Positions 60,836 to 64,000 of a stretch of 64,000 nucleotides of DNA are shown piece after piece (positions within the stretch are counted from its first letter, which is position 1; each line of letters opens with the position of its first letter). The notes below the pieces were generated by a model. That model saw only the letters and a list, made by a program, of their open reading frames with translations, had not been told where the DNA came from and did not search any database. The translations under genes and the position numbers were made by a program. This DNA is from Alphaproteobacteria bacterium (GTDB lineage Bacteria; Pseudomonadota; Alphaproteobacteria; SP197), in contig OZ219917.1 of NCBI GenBank assembly GCA_964291415.2, positions 896,001 through 960,000 of the forward strand. Direction: 5' to 3'.

Positions 60836-61771
60836 ATGAACCACACGCAGATCCGCGCCTTCCACGCGGTGGCGAGACTCGGGGGATTTTCGCGGGCCGC
60901 CGAAGCGTTGCATCTCACGCAGCCGGCGGTTTCCGAACAGGTCCGCCGCCTGGAGCAGGCCCATGACCTGCGGCTGTTCCACCGCCACCGCAAGCGTGTC
61001 CGGCTCACCGAAGTCGGCTCCAGGCTGCAGGTCCTCACCAGGCGGTACTTCGAGATCGAGGACGAGATCGATGCTTTCCTCGTGGAGCGCGCCGCCACGA
61101 CGTCCGGGCGCCTTCGCATCCACGCCGATTCGGCGCGCCACATCACGAACATACTCACCCGGTTCCGCAGCCGCCATCCGGACGTGAGGATCCAGCTTCG
61201 ACCCGGCAACACCGGCACCATTCTCGGTGCCTTGCGCAACTGGGACGCCGACATTGGCGTCGTCGGCCAGGTGCCGGACGCGGCAGACCTCGATTCGCTC
61301 GATCTCGGATCGACACCCATCATCGCCTTTGCCGCGCGGGGTGTCGTTCCGTCCGGCATCGAGGCCATGACGATGCGGGATCTTGCCGGCTATCCCCTGG
61401 TCCTGCGCGAACCGGGCTCGGCGACGCGCCGCCAGGTTCTCGAGCGGGCGCAGGCGCTTGGCATCGGTCTCGACGTGGCAATCGAGGCCGAGGGGCGTGA
61501 TGCCGTGCGCGACCTCGTGCTGTCCGGCGGTGGGGTGGGGTTCGTGTCGCGTGCCGAACACATTCCCGGTCCGGACGTTGTTGCCATCGAGGTCACCGAC
61601 CTCGGTGCCCGCATGGCCGAATCGATCGTCCACCTGTCGCAGCGGCGAAACGTGCTTGTGATCAGGCGGTTCATGGAGTTCGCCCGCGGCGATGCTCTCA
61701 TGGATCAGGTCAGCGAAAGCGCCAGGCCTGTGTCCGCTTCATCACGCCGCGCGAAAGCGCCAGATGAATGA
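60836..61771 (+). CDS. LysR family transcriptional regulator (probable AEP-cluster regulator)
   Basis: QIRAFHAVA..GGFSRAAEALHLTQPAVSEQVRRLE HTH; LREPGSATR; divergent from phnW. Confidence 0.92.
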   Translation: MNHTQIRAFHAVARLGGFSRAAEALHLTQPAVSEQVRRLEQAHDLRLFHRHRKRVRLTEVGSRLQVLTRRYFEIEDEIDAFLVERAATTSGRLRIHADSARHITNILTRFRSRHPDVRIQLRPGNTGTILGALRNWDADIGVVGQVPDAADLDSLDLGSTPIIAFAARGVVPSGIEAMTMRDLAGYPLVLREPGSATRRQVLERAQALGIGLDVAIEAEGRDAVRDLVLSGGGVGFVSRAEHIPGPDVVAIEVTDLGARMAESIVHLSQRRNVLVIRRFMEFARGDALMDQVSESARPVSASSRRAKAPDE

Positions 61772-63722
61772 TGCGCGCCGCGGCATTGGTATAGAAGATC
61801 ATCATGCCCATGGCTGCGGCGGGAGCGATGTCCCCGGCGTCGTCCATGTTGAGGACCGCAATCGAGGCCAGCGACGTCTTCGGCGAATAGAGGAAGACCA
61901 CGGCGGAGACCGTCGTCATCGCATTGACGAAGAGATAGATCGAAATGTCGAGGATGGCGGGCAGGCAGACCGGAACGGTCACCCGGGAGAACAGCTTCAT
62001 GGCCGGCTGCTTCAGTGACGCCGAGACCGCCTCGAACTCGCGGTCCATCTGTTTCAGCGCCGTGACGGCCGTCAGGTGGGACACCGTGTAGAAGTGGGTG
62101 ATCGTGCAGATGACCAGGATGGCCATGGTGCCGTAGAGGACGTTCAGCGGATTGGCCGGGTCGTTGAAGAAGAAAATGTAGGCCAGCCCGAGCACCATGC
62201 CGGGGATGGCCATCGGCAGCATCGCGAACATCTGAAAGATGTTGCGGCCCGTCGTGAAGCCATTCGATTTCTCGACCAGGAAGGCGCCGAAGAAGATGAT
62301 CACGGTCCCGACGGCAGCGGTGATGAGGCCCATCTTGATCGAGTTGTAGTAGCTCGCCCAGCCGCCACCATCCATGAGATCGAAGCGGTAGTTGTTGAGA
62401 CTGAGGCTCAAGTCATAGGGCCAGAACTTGACCAGGGCCGCGAACTGGCAGACACCCAGAATGCCGAGAATGAAGACGGCGATGACGGCGCAGCACGCGA
62501 ACCAGGCGCGATCCCGCACACGCTCGGGTTTGGGCTGGAAGGGCACCGAGCGGGCCGTGAGCTGGGCCACCTGGCGGCGTTGCACGAAACGGTCGACAGC
62601 GAATGCCAGGAGCGCCGGGAAGACCAGTACCACCGAGACCACCGCACCCATTTCGAAGTTCTGCTGGCCGATGACCTGCTTGTAGATGTCCACGGCCAGC
62701 ACGTTGTACTGGCCGCCGATGACCTTCGGGAGACCGAAGTCCGTGATCACCAGGTTGAAGACGACGAAGGCCGCCGAAATCAGACCGTATCGGGCTCCGG
62801 GGATGGTGACGGTCCAGAAGGTCTTCCACGGCGACGCGCGTAGCGCGGCCGCGGCTTCGTAGAGTCGGGCGTCGGAGATCGCCAGTGCCGTCGACAGGAT
62901 GAGGAAGGCGTGCGGGAAGGTGAAGAAGACCGCCCCGATCACGATGCCGATGGGGCCGTAGATGCTCTCTCCCATGAGCAGGGCCTTCAGCATCCCCTGG
63001 TTGCCGAAGAGGTAGACGAGAGCGATCCCGGGCAGCAGGGAGGGCACCAGGATCGGCGCCATGGCCACGAGACGGAAGAATCCCTTGAAACGCGCGCAGG
63101 ATCGATTGAGGGCGTAGGCGTAGGCGAACGCCAGGACGATGGTGACGATCGTGCTCACGGTGGCGATCACGAGGGAGTTCATGATCGAGTTGGAGAGCGC
63201 CGGCGTGGCGAAATAGGTGCGGAAGTTGTCGAGTCCCGTGGAGGCGGCAGGACGCAGTTGCACGCGGCGGAAGGTGTTGGAATCGAGCTCCACCCACTCC
63301 CGGCCCTGATGGCGTGTCGAGCCGACAAGGAACGTCGCGTCATCGACCGTGCCGCGGATCCGGTACATCACGGGGCTGCGGAAACTGAACTCGGGAAAGA
63401 ACTTCGTCGCCGGCAGGCGTCCGTTGCTGCCGGTCGCAAGATCGGCCTCGCCATAGAGCTCCAGATCGGCGTTCAGCGCGCTGGCAAGGATCGGTGCGGT
63501 GACGAAAAGCCCCTCCTCGTCCGAGACCTGGAATTCGAACCCGGTGAGATCGAAGCGGAACGTCGACACCGACTTCGACAGCATGGCGTAGAGGGGAAAG
63601 GCGAGCGTCACGACAAGATAGAGGGCGATGATGACCATCCACAGCCGCATCATCACATCGTCGCGGCCGAGTTTCGCTCTGACGCGGCCCCCCTTCGGGA
63701 GTGCCGCGACGCTCTCAGACAT
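61710..63722 (-). CDS. Putative 2-aminoethylphosphonate ABC transporter permease (two fused TM domains)
   Basis: PSLLPGIALVYLFGNQG, DARLYEAA, TDFGLPKVIGG, HFYTVSHLTA, FVNAMTTVSAV. Confidence 0.9.
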   Translation of the reverse strand: MSESVAALPKGGRVRAKLGRDDVMMRLWMVIIALYLVVTLAFPLYAMLSKSVSTFRFDLTGFEFQVSDEEGLFVTAPILASALNADLELYGEADLATGSNGRLPATKFFPEFSFRSPVMYRIRGTVDDATFLVGSTRHQGREWVELDSNTFRRVQLRPAASTGLDNFRTYFATPALSNSIMNSLVIATVSTIVTIVLAFAYAYALNRSCARFKGFFRLVAMAPILVPSLLPGIALVYLFGNQGMLKALLMGESIYGPIGIVIGAVFFTFPHAFLILSTALAISDARLYEAAAALRASPWKTFWTVTIPGARYGLISAAFVVFNLVITDFGLPKVIGGQYNVLAVDIYKQVIGQQNFEMGAVVSVVLVFPALLAFAVDRFVQRRQVAQLTARSVPFQPKPERVRDRAWFACCAVIAVFILGILGVCQFAALVKFWPYDLSLSLNNYRFDLMDGGGWASYYNSIKMGLITAAVGTVIIFFGAFLVEKSNGFTTGRNIFQMFAMLPMAIPGMVLGLAYIFFFNDPANPLNVLYGTMAILVICTITHFYTVSHLTAVTALKQMDREFEAVSASLKQPAMKLFSRVTVPVCLPAILDISIYLFVNAMTTVSAVVFLYSPKTSLASIAVLNMDDAGDIAPAAAMGMMIFYTNAAARIIHLALSRGVMKRTQAWRFR

Positions 63723-64000
63723 CTCGGGCAAAGGCCATGAGGCCGGATTTCTGGAGAGAGACGTGGATGTCCTGACCCGCCTCGAGCGACAGGTTGCGCA
63801 CGGCGTTCGCCGGGAAGTCGGCCATCAGCGCGTCGCTGCCGAAGTCCTCGCTGTGGAGAAGGCAACGCCAGAAGGACCCAAGGAACGCCATGTCGGCCAG
63901 GGTGACCTTCTCGCAGTTGACGTCATCGGGAGAAGGCCGGTACCCGGTGCCGAGCGGCACGATCTCGTCGGGCCGGATGGCCGCGATGACCGCTGCGCCG
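63715..64000 (-). CDS. ABC ATP-binding protein C-terminus (TOBE domain), probable AEP transporter; partial
   Basis: IAAIRPDEI...MAFLGSFWR TOBE-like segment; stop overlaps the permease start; runs off the window end. Confidence 0.75.
   Translation of the reverse strand, partial: GAAVIAAIRPDEIVPLGTGYRPSPDDVNCEKVTLADMAFLGSFWRCLLHSEDFGSDALMADFPANAVRNLSLEAGQDIHVSLQKSGLMAFARDV

Overview
High-GC (roughly two-thirds G+C by eye) bacterial chromosomal segment, almost certainly alphaproteobacterial (murA-DUF2948, tRNA-Thr, long nrdJ, aspS/rnd, purEK, COQ9-def-rpsU, three-gene pntAA/AB/B). Housekeeping blocks alternate with organic-N/P scavenging modules. These are: (i) a peptide-type ABC system with a PhyH dioxygenase, a deaminase and a DMFase-large-subunit-like protein (1-8.7 kb); (ii) a split branched-chain-type ABC system with an orphan gene and an M20 amidohydrolase (9-19 kb); (iii) a divergent urease-like ureAB-ureC pair beside tRNA-Thr, with no accessory genes, an altered substrate pocket and two frameshifts in ureAB; (iv) an SsuABC-type transporter with a YtcJ-like amidohydrolase; (v) an extended 2-aminoethylphosphonate cluster (phnW-phnA-phnY-pbfA plus a PbfF-like dehydrogenase). 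Other signals: decayed toxin-antitoxin remnants, a lower-GC insert with a Schlafen/AlbA_2 gene, a methyltransferase gene bracketed by a duplicated leader, a probable suhB/MmgR-like sRNA after nrdJ, and a probable ATC start codon for rpsU. No CRISPR array, rRNA, integrase or transposase was seen. All family calls come from motif recognition, not database searches.
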